From Octopus vulgaris (taxonomy: Eukaryota), in the NCBI GenBank assembly GCA_951406725.2, contig OX597837.1, positions 41,106,001 to 41,170,000 of the forward strand: a stretch of 64,000 nt of DNA, in the 5' to 3' direction. Every line of letters begins with the position of its first letter. Within the stretch, counting starts at the first letter, position 1. The notes beneath the pieces are model-generated. The model made no database searches, had not been told where the DNA came from, and saw only the letters and a program-made list of their open reading frames with translations. Of the stretch, positions 26,933 through 39,583 are shown one piece after another. A program made the translations under genes and the position numbers.

Positions 26933-27587
26933 CATTATTATTATTATTATTATTGTTATTTATTCAAGGCACTGCCTGGAATTGAAATATTGGGGTTAGT
27001 AGCCCGCGCTCTTAACCATTACGCTTTTATACCCGTGGGCATGCTTATTTTCCTGACTTTTAGTTGCATTTGTTTCAAACGTTCTGTAATGAGGGCTAAC
27101 TAAAGCTTTCCTTCATTAAGTCCCAATTTACTGTGGGGGTTGAAATAAACTGAAAATATGTTTTATAATGCGATGGACGCCAGCGAAATGCACAGGAGAG
27201 GAAAAAGTTATTACATTGGATGGGGGGGGGGGGGGGGGCTTTATCTGCTCGATGGTCGTTGTTTATATTGTCATTGTTGTTAAGGTTCTATAGACCATCA
27301 CCTCATTTTATGCTATCAGGGATTAGGTTGAGCACACGCGTCATTGCCGTTTGATTTTCGACGGAGATTTGGCTACTTGCCGGACCAGCGCCAGCGTCTT
27401 GCGGGACTAATGACAGTGCTATGGTTACCTTATTGTAAATATGTATGTATGTATGTATGTATGTATGGTTATATGATTTTTCTTTAAAGTTTTATTTAAA
27501 TTCTTCTCAAAGAGAGTTCAAGTCGGTCGCTTTCAGAGCGACAAGACTTTTTGAGATAAGAAAGATCCTGGTGTATCAATGTGTGTG

Positions 27588-27619
<32 letters not shown>

Positions 27620-27838
27620 TGTATGTATGTATGTATGTATGTATTATGTATATATGTATGTGTAAGATTTTCACTGAAACTATATATATGTGTGTGTGTA
27701 GGCGTATATATATATATACACACACACAATCACACCTAACACACATATATACATATATATGTGTGCGTGTATGTATTTATGTCTGTATACTTTTCTATAT
27801 GCGTATATATATGTATGTACGTAGTTATATGTGTATCC

Positions 27839-27869
<31 letters not shown>

Positions 27870-28285
27870 TGTATGTATGTATGTATGTATGTATTTATGT
27901 ACGTATTTATGTGTGTATGTATTTGTATGTATGTGTGCATGTATACCTTGTGTATATATGTAGTATGTATTGTGTATATACTCCAAAAATTAAAATAAAA
28001 AGTTCATAGGCATTTGTGTGTTTATGACTTTTGTACGTCAGCAATTTGTGTATATCAATGTTTTTGTATGTATGTATGTATGTATGTATATTTGTCTGAT
28101 GGTTGTTTGTGTGTCTGCTGTGTTTAATGCGTATTTGTTAGTGTATATGCATAAGTAAATCGAAGGTTGCATTCCTGTCCGACTTGTATATTAAAATGCT
28201 TCACCATACATCATCAGTTTCCACGTTCGTTTCTTGCAATGGGTACATTTAGCCAGATGTTGTCTGTCGTTATTTCGATTCTATT

Positions 28286-28554
28286 GGATAGATGGAAGCA
28301 CTCCGTCGGTTACGACGACGAGGGTTCCGGTTGATCCGATCAACGGAACAGCCTGCTCGTGAAATTAACGTGTAAGTGGCTGAGCACTCCACAGACACGT
28401 GTACCCTTAACGTAGTTCTCGGGGAGATTCAGCGTGACACAGAGAGTGACAAGGCCGGCCCTTTGAAATACAGGTACAACAGAAACAGGAAGTAAGAGTG
28501 AGAGAAAGTTGTGGTGAAAGAGTACAGCAGGGATCACCACCATCCCCTGCCGGA
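28286..28554 (-). mobile_element. SINE family D, 5'-truncated, with a perfect 12-bp target duplication
   Basis: TTCGATTCTATT at 28274-28285 and 28555-28566. The tail is CCCTCGTCGTCGTAACCGACGGAGTGC. Confidence 0.92.
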
Positions 28555-29451
28555 TTCGATTCTATTATACTCCTATAAAATGAACCATAAAAATGGACCT
28601 TCCCAATCGGAAGGTATATCCAAGGTCCTCAGAAATATAGCAACTGTTTTTACAAACAGACAGAATTGTGTTTTAAGTAGGGGCCTATATTCCGGGTGTG
28701 CTAGGTATGCCATGCGCACCCATCGAAAATGGCAAATTCATTATGAATATCAACCTTACACATTAATTTAATCACAGATCTTAATGGAAAACTTTTGTTG
28801 TATCCCTGCTTGAAATCAGATGGTATCGGGTGTGGCAGCACACGTAATACAACAACCACCATACACCACTGGTATTACGGTCATCTCTTCAGATTTTTTA
28901 GAGAAATGATAGCTACCACTGATTGTGTTATTACGATGTTTCGTATACGAGATGTCAGACGTAAACAAACAATGACGTCGAAGATTTGAAAATGGTTAAT
29001 AGGTGTGTATGCCATATTTCAGGCGTTTTTGCTGCTTCATCAGCAGCCAACTAACCCTTTAATCTTACACAAACCAACTGCTTAAATAGCCCCTACATAC
29101 AGCGGTGTAATGCAATTTAAGTAAGAATTGTAACATAATGCAACGCAAAGATAAGGATTATGCGGTTCTGAGAAACAATCAAATGTTTATATATGTGTGC
29201 GTATATATATATATATGTCTGTGTGTGTGTATAGTAATTTTGACTCTACAGTAAGTATAATGTGCTTTCGTCAATAAACGTTGATTCTCGCTAAACAGCA
29301 TTAACGTACGTTAGTATGTATTTATGTATACATACATATACATGGAGGCAGCGTATAGAACGGGTTGCAATCGAAGCTGTGTCCTCGAGGGTTTAAAAAT
29401 ATACCAAACTTTCCACTCTTTGCTTTAATGCAACATACATACATACATACA

Positions 29452-29695
29452 TATCGTCCGTTTTTCTGTCCTTGTTTCGTATACATTCGATCCTTTTTCC
29501 AAGAAATCTAATGCTCGTAGCTTAGTTTTTCCTTGGGGCTGGCCGGATCGGAGCAATCTCAAGATTAATCAGCCGAAATTGCGTGGATGATCCGGTTCTT
29601 GACTGAAGATTAGAGGCTTTGAATGACCCGTCCGTTTTTTTTTTTGTGTCGTCTATTTGAGTGTTTTGCGTTCTTGTCCCATTTTATATTTTTAT
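29452..29695. repeat. Interspersed repeat P1, long form
   Basis: Contains the whole short P1 unit plus about 115 bp of extra sequence on one side. Confidence 0.8.
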
Positions 29696-29707
29696 ATATA
29701 TTTTTCT

Positions 29708-29768
<61 letters not shown>

Positions 29769-30079
29769 CACATACATATATATATACATGCACATATATA
29801 TACATATATATATATACATATATATATATATTTATATATATGTATATGCATATATAGCCACAGAACCTCCCCAAACTAGACAGAAATACCTAAGCATTAT
29901 CTAAGGCTAATTAAGTTACCTATGAAAAAGAACAAAGAATGCCAAAGTAAGCGATCCCCAGAGACTATGAATCCACAAAGACGTTACAAGAACGCGGGAC
30001 AACCCAAAAATGACGATACCAACATAAAAGAAATTCACAATCGTGCATAACAAATGCGCATTCCCATCATATACATATG

Positions 30080-30122
<43 letters not shown>

Positions 30123-30496
30123 TCGCACACGCACACACACACATATATGTGTGTGTTGTTATACTAGAGGATGGTCATCAGTTGCCGATTAAACATACCC
30201 ACTGTTTATTTGACCTTCACTTTAACTACATTATTTTAATTTTAAATTTATTTCTCTGTCGAAGTTCCTTCCTCACACATTCTGTGACCTCTTCAACGGG
30301 GGACAATTAAACTAACAACAAAAAAAAAACTAAGAAAAAAAGGCATAATACTAATAAAACTAAAGCGAAGATTAAATAATAGTTTATGTGTTTAACAGGC
30401 AAAAGGTGACCATCCCCAAGCATAACAATGTCTGTTTCAACACACGATTTCACACGAAGAAAACTCGCAATGCAAACACAGAAACTTATATATATC

Positions 30497-30559
<63 letters not shown>

Positions 30560-30565
<6 letters not shown>

Positions 30566-30785
30566 GTTCAAAATGTCTATCCGCAGTAAGGTTTTAATGG
30601 TTTTCGGGCGATTCTTGTACATTGATTCTTTATTTGCTCCTCAGAAAAAAAAGTCTGGCGGTGTTAAATCATCTGGTGATCTTGGTAGCCAAAGTCCCTT
30701 CGAAATAATCCGTTAACCGAAAAACTCTTGAAATAGCGCCATGGATGAAAAACGTTCACTGCGGGGAGACTTTTTGAACACTCTG
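30560..30785 (-). mobile_element. Tc1/mariner-superfamily internal-deletion derivative
   Basis: ~28-bp inverted ends (T/C)AG(G/A)GTGTTCAAAA.GTCT..CCGCAGT in a TA context. The internal minus strand reads FQEFFG*RIISKGLWLPRSPDDLTPPDFF, matching the WPxxSPDLxPxD transposase motif. Confidence 0.85.
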
Positions 30786-30790
30786 TTTAT

Positions 30791-30866
<76 letters not shown>

Positions 30867-31013
30867 ATAGTAATGCAATACGAGAGTATTGCTTTCCAGT
30901 AAAGGATAGCCCGTGAGGGTAAAATTATACATATAAAAGTAAATAAATGACACAACGAAGTAAATATCGGTGCTTCGTTGTGCCATTTATTTACTTTTAT
31001 ATGTATATATATA

Positions 31014-31063
<50 letters not shown>

Positions 31064-31065
<2 letters not shown>

Positions 31066-31282
31066 AGGCGCAATGGCCTAGTGGTTAGGGCAGCGGACTT
31101 GCGGTCGGAGGATCGCGGTTTCGATTCCCAGACCGGGCGTTGTGTGTGTTTATTGAGCGAAAACACCTAAAAGCTCCACGAGGCTCCGTCAGGAGGTGGT
31201 GATCCCTGCTGTACTCCTTCACCACTCTAAAAGGCGGTGCTCCAGCATGGCCGCAGTCAAATGACTGAAACAAGTACAGAAT
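31064..31282 (+). mobile_element. Chimeric SINE: family-D head plus family-A tail
   Basis: Junction CACCACTCT|AAAAGGCGGTGCT near 31228. The same junction occurs near 41623. Confidence 0.9.
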
Positions 31283-31965
31283 ATATATCCCTTTAAGCAC
31301 AGCCTGTTCGAAGTTGTGTAGGGCACAAACTGTGCCTATCTCTTCGTCTCATCCTCGATATCATAGAACAGCTACATATTTCCCATATATACTGCCCCGA
31401 TCGATGGAGCGCAGGTGCTTCAACAAGACAGCGTTCGAGTTTTCCTTCAACCTCTCGTTCGACCGCAGATATAACTTACTCGCTCTCCATTTTGTGCAAG
31501 CAAGACATATCTTATCAACTTCTCCTTCATTCTTTGCTGACTAAATTCCTAAAATGACGCAATCGCTCCCATGACATACCCGCCCCTTTCTTCTTCTTCC
31601 CTTAACGTGGTGTTGATCCATATCTAGTAGTTCTTTTAGACTTGTTGCGCTAACAAAAGATCTTGCAATTTCTTTTGTCGTTATATGCTGCTGCTTTTGT
31701 TCTCACTTGAAGTTGTCGTTTGCACAATTCTTTTCACAAATTGTATCCAACCGTCTTTACGACTCTGTCTCTTTAATTGTCATTATTATTCACCGTTTAA
31801 CCTTTTTATCTTTTATCTATTCTTGCATTCTCCATGTTTCGTGACGTATTCGCTGCTACCACATTTGTGGCGAATCCCTCTTCCCTCTACTCATAATGAA
31901 GGGTTTTTTTTAGACCAATTACTACAACAAAGTAAATGTTTACAAAGATATATCTCTTTTTTTTT

Positions 31966-32387
<422 letters not shown>

Positions 32388-32769
32388 ATCCTTGCAAATA
32401 TTTCCAAACTTCCTGTTTAAAAAAAAAAGAAAGAAGAACATCACCCACCCTCCATCTTTTATGAAATACCCTCGGACAAAATATCTTTTCTACAGACCTA
32501 TGAAAGATGAATAACAACAGACGCAACAATAACAACAACTGTGATTCCTAATTAAGGCACAAGGCCAACGATTTTGTAAGGGACGGCTTAAGTTAATTAC
32601 TTTGACATCAGCAATTAATTAGTGCTTTATTTTATCGATCTCGGTGGTCGGAAGAAAAGGCAAAGTTGATAGAGGAGGATTTGAAATCTGACTGTTCAAA
32701 ACAATGGCAGAACAAATACCAGATTTTCAGTGATGCTCCAATGATTCCACCTATCCAACGCCCCGAGAA

Positions 32770-32812
32770 GAACAACAACAACAATGTCAAAATAATAATA
32801 ATAATGATGATG

Positions 32813-32879
<67 letters not shown>

Positions 32880-32898
32880 TAATAATAACAATAACAAC

Positions 32899-32951
<53 letters not shown>

Positions 32952-33070
32952 TAACAATAATAATAATAAGGGGAAGAAGAAGAAGAAACAGAAGAAGAAG
33001 AAGAAGAAGAAGAAGAAGAAGAAGAAGAAGAAAAAGAAGAGAATGAGGAGGAGGAGGAGGAGGAAGAGGC
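32770..33070. repeat. Compound trinucleotide repeat (AAT/AAC)n(AAG)n(GAG)n, preceded by a very diverged family-B copy (~32555-32762, -)
   Basis: Read directly. It is the source of the poly-I, poly-L and poly-R pseudo-ORFs. Confidence 0.9.
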
Positions 33071-33612
33071 GTGTTAATAATAAGCCACCAGGAACAGCCC
33101 ATATCCTATGCCAGACAATACAAGCAGTATACTGTCTGTAAAGAACAACACATACTCTATACAATCCAAAGCAAAGGCATTTACATAACATACACACACA
33201 CACACATACACACACACAGACACACACACACACACACATACACACACACCACATATTAATGCTAATCCCGCTGCGCAAGTGATACACAAACGCCCAGCCC
33301 AACAAATACCTCAGCTCATATTACACATACACAACAAAACAACAAAAAATTAACACAACCACTACGACCAACAACAACAACAACAAAAATAACACCAAAC
33401 AAACAAACAAACCAAATGCTGAAATGACAGCACAGACAAAACAGAACAAAAAACAAAAAAACATAGCAAAACGGATATAATGTGGACAAAACAAACATGT
33501 AGCACATTCTCCGAGGACAAAACTGCACACATGTAAGGAACACGGGAGCGCACTTGGCGGCAGTGTGGGTGGGGGGATACACTAGAGCCATGACTAATAA
33601 TAATAATGAAGC

Positions 33613-34650
33613 TTTCAAATTTTGGCGCAAAGCCAGGAATTGTAAGGGAAGAGGGGTTAGACGATTCCATTGACCCCAGTACTAAATTTGTAATTATTTT
33701 GTCGAACTCCGAAAGGATGAAGGGCAAAGTCGACCTCGGCGGAATTTGAGCTCAGAACACAAAGACATATGAAATGCCGCTAAGCATTTCGCCCGGTGTG
33801 TTAACGATTCTGCCAGCTCCCTGCGTTTATAATAATCGTTTCTGCTATAGGCACAAGGACTGAAATTTGGGGCAAGGAGGTTAGTCAGTTACATCGACCC
33901 ATGTGTTTGTGGAGGTACATGGCTTAGTGGCTAGAGCAGCGGACTCGTGGTCGAGGGATCGCAGGTTTGAATCTTAGAGCGGGCGATGTGTGTGCTTATG
34001 AGCGAAACACCTAAGCTCCACGCGGCTCCGGCAGAAGGTAATGGCGAACTTCTGCTGACTCTTTCGCCACAACTTTCTCTCACTCTTTCCTCCTGCATCT
34101 TGCAGCTCACCTGCGACGGACCGGCGTCCCGTCCAGATGGGGAACCTATACGCCAAGGAAACCGGGAAACCGGCCCTTATGATCCAGGTATGGCTCGAGA
34201 AGGATCAAACAACAACAACCCCTGTGTTTCACTGGTACTTAATTTATTGACCCCGAAGGGATAAAAGGCAAAGTCGACCCCAGCGGGATTTGAATTCCAC
34301 TGCCTTCATAATAATAAATAATAATAATACTAATGATGGTTTCGAATTTTGGCACAAGGCCAGCATTTTCGGGGGAGGGGCGAGATAGACGATTACATCG
34401 ACCCCAGTACTCAACTGGTACATATTTTATCGGATCAGGCAGGATGAAAAGCAAAGTCGACCTTGATGGCATTTAAATCCAAAACGTAAAGACGGATGAA
34501 ATATCGCCAAGTATTTCGTCCGGCATGCCAATGATTCTGCCAGCTCGGTACCTTTATAACAAATAATAATAATAATAATTATAATTATAATAAACATTTT
34601 CTAATTTTGGCACAAGGCCAGCATATGTAGTGAAAGGGTCAAGGTCAATG
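33613..34650 (-). mobile_element. Cluster of four co-oriented family-B SINE copies or fragments
   Basis: Copies lie at about 33613-33824, 33838-34295 (split by an insertion), 34339-34553 and 34597-34650, separated by (AAT)n. Confidence 0.82.
33909..34218 (+). mobile_element. SINE with a family-D head and a family-C-type tail, nested in a family-B copy
   Basis: Tail GGAAACCGGGAAACCGGCCCTTATGA..CTCGAGAAGG(AAC)n. Flanked by CCC(A/C)TGTGTTT at 33898 and 34219. Confidence 0.9.
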
Positions 34651-34719
34651 ATGCTTCATGTTAGCAGCCCGAATTATATTCTAAGGATATCAATCTCAGC
34701 AAACATTCATACATATGAG

Positions 34720-34901
34720 GCCCTCCGTCGGTTACGACGGCGAGGGTTCCAGTTGAGCCGATCGACGGAATAGCCTGCTCGGGAAATTAACGTGCAAGTG
34801 GCTGAGCACTCCACAGACACGTGTACCTTTAACGTAGTTCTTAGGGAGATTCAACGTGACAAAGAGTGTGACAAGGCTGTCCCCTTTGAAATACAGGTAC
34901 A
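34720..34901 (-). mobile_element. Family-D tail fragment
   Basis: Matches 28298-28477. Confidence 0.85.
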
Positions 34902-35319
34902 AGCTTCTATAAAAGTAGTCTCTAAGCATCGAATGACTGTGGGGGTTCCACAAGAATAAAACAGCAACCAAAGGACTCCACAGATAAAAAAAAACCCAAA
35001 CAATAAAAGCTGAGAATCACAGGGTTCTCACATATTCCCCAAAACGATTTGTCTTCATACATAAACGATCTGAATAACTCCCGCATACATTTTATGCATA
35101 CCTGCATATATACATACATGTGTATATACATATCTACAATTATATTGCGCGTAGAATCATGAGTAATAGGGTACATATTTCAATGGAAAGCACATAAGTG
35201 TATGTGTGTGTGTGTGTGTATCTGTGTGTGTGTATATATAGAGTGAAATATAGACACATGCATATATATATATATATATATATATATCTGTGTGTATATA
35301 TGTATGTGTATATATAAAC

Positions 35320-35358
<39 letters not shown>

Positions 35359-35368
35359 CATACACAGA

Positions 35369-35409
<41 letters not shown>

Positions 35410-35439
35410 TACACACATATATATATATATATGTATATG

Positions 35440-35524
<85 letters not shown>

Positions 35525-35822
35525 GCATTCAATATTCATTGTAGAATTTATCCGTTTATAATATTTGAGACGATAGACAATGCCGGATGACAAGTAGCGA
35601 CGTGAAGTTCTGAGTAATAACGCTGAGATTTCATCACGTACATACATGCATGCATACACACATACATAAATACACACATACATACATACATACACAGGCA
35701 CGTATATATATGTGTGTATACATAAGCATAGACACATAATTAGATCTATCTATGAAGAAAGAATCGTAAGTACATTTCGATCAATGTTGAAGTACAACAT
35801 CCGATAGTCTGGTCGATAGGCT

Positions 35823-36200
35823 AACACACACACACATACACACACACAGACATACATCCACATACACACACATCCACACACACACACACATCCACACAAC
35901 ACACACACACACATCTACATCTACACATACACACACGCACACACATCCACACACATGCACACATCCACACACACACACACACACACACACATCCACATAC
36001 ACACACACACACATACACACACACACACATCCACACACACACACATACACACACATACATACACAAACACAACCACACACACACAAACACACATCCACAC
36101 ACACAATCACACACACACACACATTCACACACACACACGCACACATCCACACACACACACACACAACCACACACTCACACACACATCCACACACATACAT
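35823..36200. repeat. (CA)n-based minisatellite with recurring CATCCAC
   Basis: About 10 CATCCAC interruptions occur within CA runs. Confidence 0.8.
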
Positions 36201-36324
36201 GCACAGACACACACATACGCACACACATACACACACATACAAACGTACATACATACACACGAACAAACACGCATACAAACACAGAGACAAATACACAGCT
36301 ACACACACACAAGCGCATATATAC

Positions 36325-36368
<44 letters not shown>

Positions 36369-36372
<4 letters not shown>

Positions 36373-36738
36373 TTTTACTCTTTTACTTGTTTCAGTCACT
36401 TGACTGCGGCCATGCTGGAGTACCGCCTTTTCTCAAATAAATCGACTCCGGGACTTATTCTTTGTAAGCTTAGTACTTATTCTATCAGGCCCTTTTGCCG
36501 AACTGCTATGTTACGGGGACGTAAACACACCAGCATCGGTTGTTAAGCGATTGTAGGGGCGCAGACACAGACACACAAGCATATACATACATATATACGA
36601 CGGGCTTCTTTCAGTTTCCGTCTACCAAATCCACTCACAAGGCTTTGGTCGGTCATAGGCTACAGTAGAAGCCACTTGTCCAAGTAGGACTGAACCCGGA
36701 AGCCTGTGGTTGGGAAGCAAGCTTCTTACCACACAGCT
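36369..36738 (-). mobile_element. SINE family A with a short internal microsatellite
   Basis: All family-A blocks are present. Confidence 0.92.
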
Positions 36739-36742
36739 GCAG

Positions 36743-36870
36743 ATGTATTAGTATAACGCTCAGGAATAGAAAAAGTCTTTTACGTTTCGAGCCTACGCTC
36801 TTCTACAGAAAAGGACACAGAAAAAACAAGGAGAGAAACAAGGAGAGAAAAAATGTGTGTAAATGTAAAA
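36743..36870 (-). mobile_element. Penelope-like terminal-repeat fragment P3 with a hammerhead-like motif
   Basis: The minus strand reads TTTT-CTGTAGA-A-GAGC gtag GCTC-GAAAC-GTA-AAAG (36777-36812). The Penelope assignment is inferred from the minimal HHR architecture. Confidence 0.6.
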
Positions 36871-36944
36871 AAAATATTAATATATATATATATATGTATG
36901 TATGTGTGTGTGTGTGTGTATATGTATATATATATATATATTTA

Positions 36945-37891
36945 TATATATAAAACTGAGAATGTGTGTCTGTCTGTGTGTTTCCCTAAAACTTGAGAAC
37001 TACACAACCAATTTCATTCAAATTTTACACATGCCTTACTTAGGGTCAGGGGAGTGTCATCGGCAAACAAAATGTTCAACTTCTTGCCTAGAGCGAGCCC
37101 ATAGCAATATCATATCTTCTCCACTATTTCAGTATTACGTGTTAAAAGTGAAACAAAAACGTTTCTCTATTTTATGTCAGATACTTTCACTTTAACAATA
37201 AAAATAATAATAACAATTGAATTATATGTAGTAAGTAATAATTAAAATCAAACTAAAGTATAATATAATCGTAACATAACAAAAGTAAAAATGGCAATTG
37301 GTATAAAATTACATCAATGATTTGAACTTGAATAAGTGGTTTCACATGAATGGGCATAAATTAAAAATAAATAAAATTAGCGTGCAGAAATGGAATAGTC
37401 CAGATGGATAATAAAAAATTTAATTAAAGAAAAGACTATTGTCTATAAAGTATAAAAGTGTCTTAGTGCGACTATGAAAGGTATCTAATCAGAGGCGGCA
37501 AATTCGCCACAATAGAAGCAAGGTTCGAGTCAACGGAGCGTGCAAGTACTCGATTCGAATTTGCAAAGTGGAAATATTTTATTTTTACCTTTATATCTGG
37601 GACATAGGACGACCCCGAAAAAATTTTTTAATGCCCCAGAAGTAGAGGTAGGCTGGATTGTAGCCAGACTTCTATACAAGAGGGAGGACAAGATACAATT
37701 GATCGAAATTACAAGAGACGGGCTAACAATTCCAGTCTGTTATATATTTTGAGTATTGTTATCACTAGCGATATCAAGTTATAACTTTTGTATTTTATGT
37801 GTAGATGTATATATATAGATGTACACATATATATGCACATATATACATGCACTAGCACTATGACCCGGCAACGACGGGTCTTTAATGCTAG
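36945..37891 (+). mobile_element. Probable non-autonomous Helitron with a captured or inserted internal segment
   Basis: The 5' TATATAAAACTGAGAATGTGTGTCTGTCTG and CAACCAATTTCATTCAAATTTTACACA resemble the 24742 element. The 3' end is a hairpin GACCCG..CGGGTC plus CTAG|T. Linking the two ends is inferred. Confidence 0.55.
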
Positions 37892-37931
37892 TATATATAT
37901 ATATATATGTATATATATGTATGTATGTATA

Positions 37932-37971
<40 letters not shown>

Positions 37972-38059
37972 CACATACGTGTGTCCATATGTGTGTGTGT
38001 ATGTGTGTATGTGTGTGCGCGTGTATAAACGTGTGACTTTATGTCTGTGTCTATACGTG

Positions 38060-38229
38060 TTTATTTTTGTGTTTGTCTTCGTCAGACTGCTTGAAAACTG
38101 ATGGAGGTGTATCTACAAACCCGTAACTTAGCGGTTTGTCAAAAAAGAACGATAGAATGAGTACATAAACAGAAGTATTGGGCTCGACTTTGTTCGACTA
38201 AAATCCCTCAAGGCACTGATCCAGCATGG

Positions 38230-38234
<5 letters not shown>
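38060..38234 (+). mobile_element. SINE family A, diverged 3' half
   Basis: CCGTAACTTAGCGGTT ... CCAGCATGGCCGCA. Confidence 0.75.
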
Positions 38235-38304
<70 letters not shown>

Positions 38305-38410
38305 TGATCGCTTAGCCAGCGGGGTGGCGCCATTCGAAGGCTAAAACAAAGTGAACGCATTGTGACCAGCGATGTGTAACTACATCTGATGGACTGGTCG
38401 GTCACGTGAT

Positions 38411-38582
<172 letters not shown>

Positions 38583-38586
38583 TACG

Positions 38587-38872
38587 ATTGCAAGGTCGTG
38601 AGTTCAATCTGCTGCGGCGCGTTGTATCTTTGAGCAAGGCACTTTATTTCACGTTGCTCCAGTCCACTCAACTGGCAAAACATGAGCTGTATCCGTAATT
38701 CACAGATCTGGCTTTGTCCACATTCTGTGTCACGCCGAATCTCCATGAGAGCTACATTAAAGGCACGCGCGTGTGTGCGTGGGGTGCTCAGCCACTAGCT
38801 GCATGTTGATTTCACGAGCTGGCTGTTCCATTGATCGGATCCATTGGAGTGCTTGTCGTCGTAAACGACGGA
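38587..38872 (+). mobile_element. Chimeric SINE: family-C core plus family-D tail
   Basis: TTGAGCAAGGCACTTTATTTCACGTTGCTCCAGTCCACTCA is followed by ATTTCACGAGC..GATCGGATC..GTCGTCGTAAACGACGGAG. Confidence 0.8.
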
Positions 38873-38925
38873 GGATCAGTTATGCATACATATATATATT
38901 TACACACACACACACATATACATAC

Positions 38926-38982
<57 letters not shown>

Positions 38983-39160
38983 GTAATATATTTATACATA
39001 CATATATAAATTTATAGCTATTTATATATATTTATATATATATATAATTATATATTCGATTCGATTCGTTACGTTTTGTTTCGTTTCTTCTTCTTCTCTA
39101 AGCTGGTTTTTATATATATATATATATGTATATATGTGTATATATATATGTATATATGTA

Positions 39161-39218
<58 letters not shown>

Positions 39219-39225
39219 TATAGAG

Positions 39226-39498
39226 GTGGATTCGGTAAACGGAAACTGAAAGAAGCCTGTTGTATGTATATATGAATATATCTATGGGTGTGTATTTCTA
39301 CTTCCGCTTGTCTCTCTTATACCGATTGCGAACCGGTGTTGGTTTGTTTGAGTACCCCGTAATTTAACGTATCGGCAAAAAAGGGTCCTGTCGAATAAGC
39401 ACCAAGTTGAAAAATAAATAAGCCCCGGGGTCGATTTCTTCGACTGATCCTTTCAGGACGCAGCCCCTTCAGGTTCGCAGTACAATGACTGAAACAAG
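39226..39498 (+). mobile_element. SINE family A, diverged and 5'-truncated
   Basis: ACGGAAACTGAAAGAAGCC ... ATGACTGAAACAAG. Confidence 0.78.
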
Positions 39499-39514
39499 AC
39501 AATAACACAAGATT

Positions 39515-39583
<69 letters not shown>

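Larger units (their letters stand above)
26170..27039 (-). mobile_element. SINE family E: tRNA-like head, (AAT)n linker, hammerhead-containing tail
   Basis: The minus-strand head is AAGCGTAATGGTTAAGAGCGCGGGCTACTAACCCC...TTTCAATTCC and the tail ends AATGTAAATAATGT. Flanked by CAT(A/G)CTTATTT at 26159 and 27040. Confidence 0.75.
25500..27190. repeat. Old diverged tandem repeat with a ~150-180 bp unit, interrupted by SINE E
   Basis: A (A/C)TCCATGCTT-like anchor recurs near 25511, 25677, 25855, 26008 and 26156 and resumes at 27040. 25607-25750 and 25938-26080 align well. Confidence 0.65.

Noticed and set aside
27222-27238. G17 run as a functional G-quadruplex
   Set aside because: It is an isolated homopolymer with no supporting context, and its length is unreliable in assemblies.
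28678-28871. Possible hAT/P-like MITE ends (TAGGGGCCTAT and ATACACCACTG)
   Set aside because: The inverted match is only partial, and no target duplication or second copy was seen.
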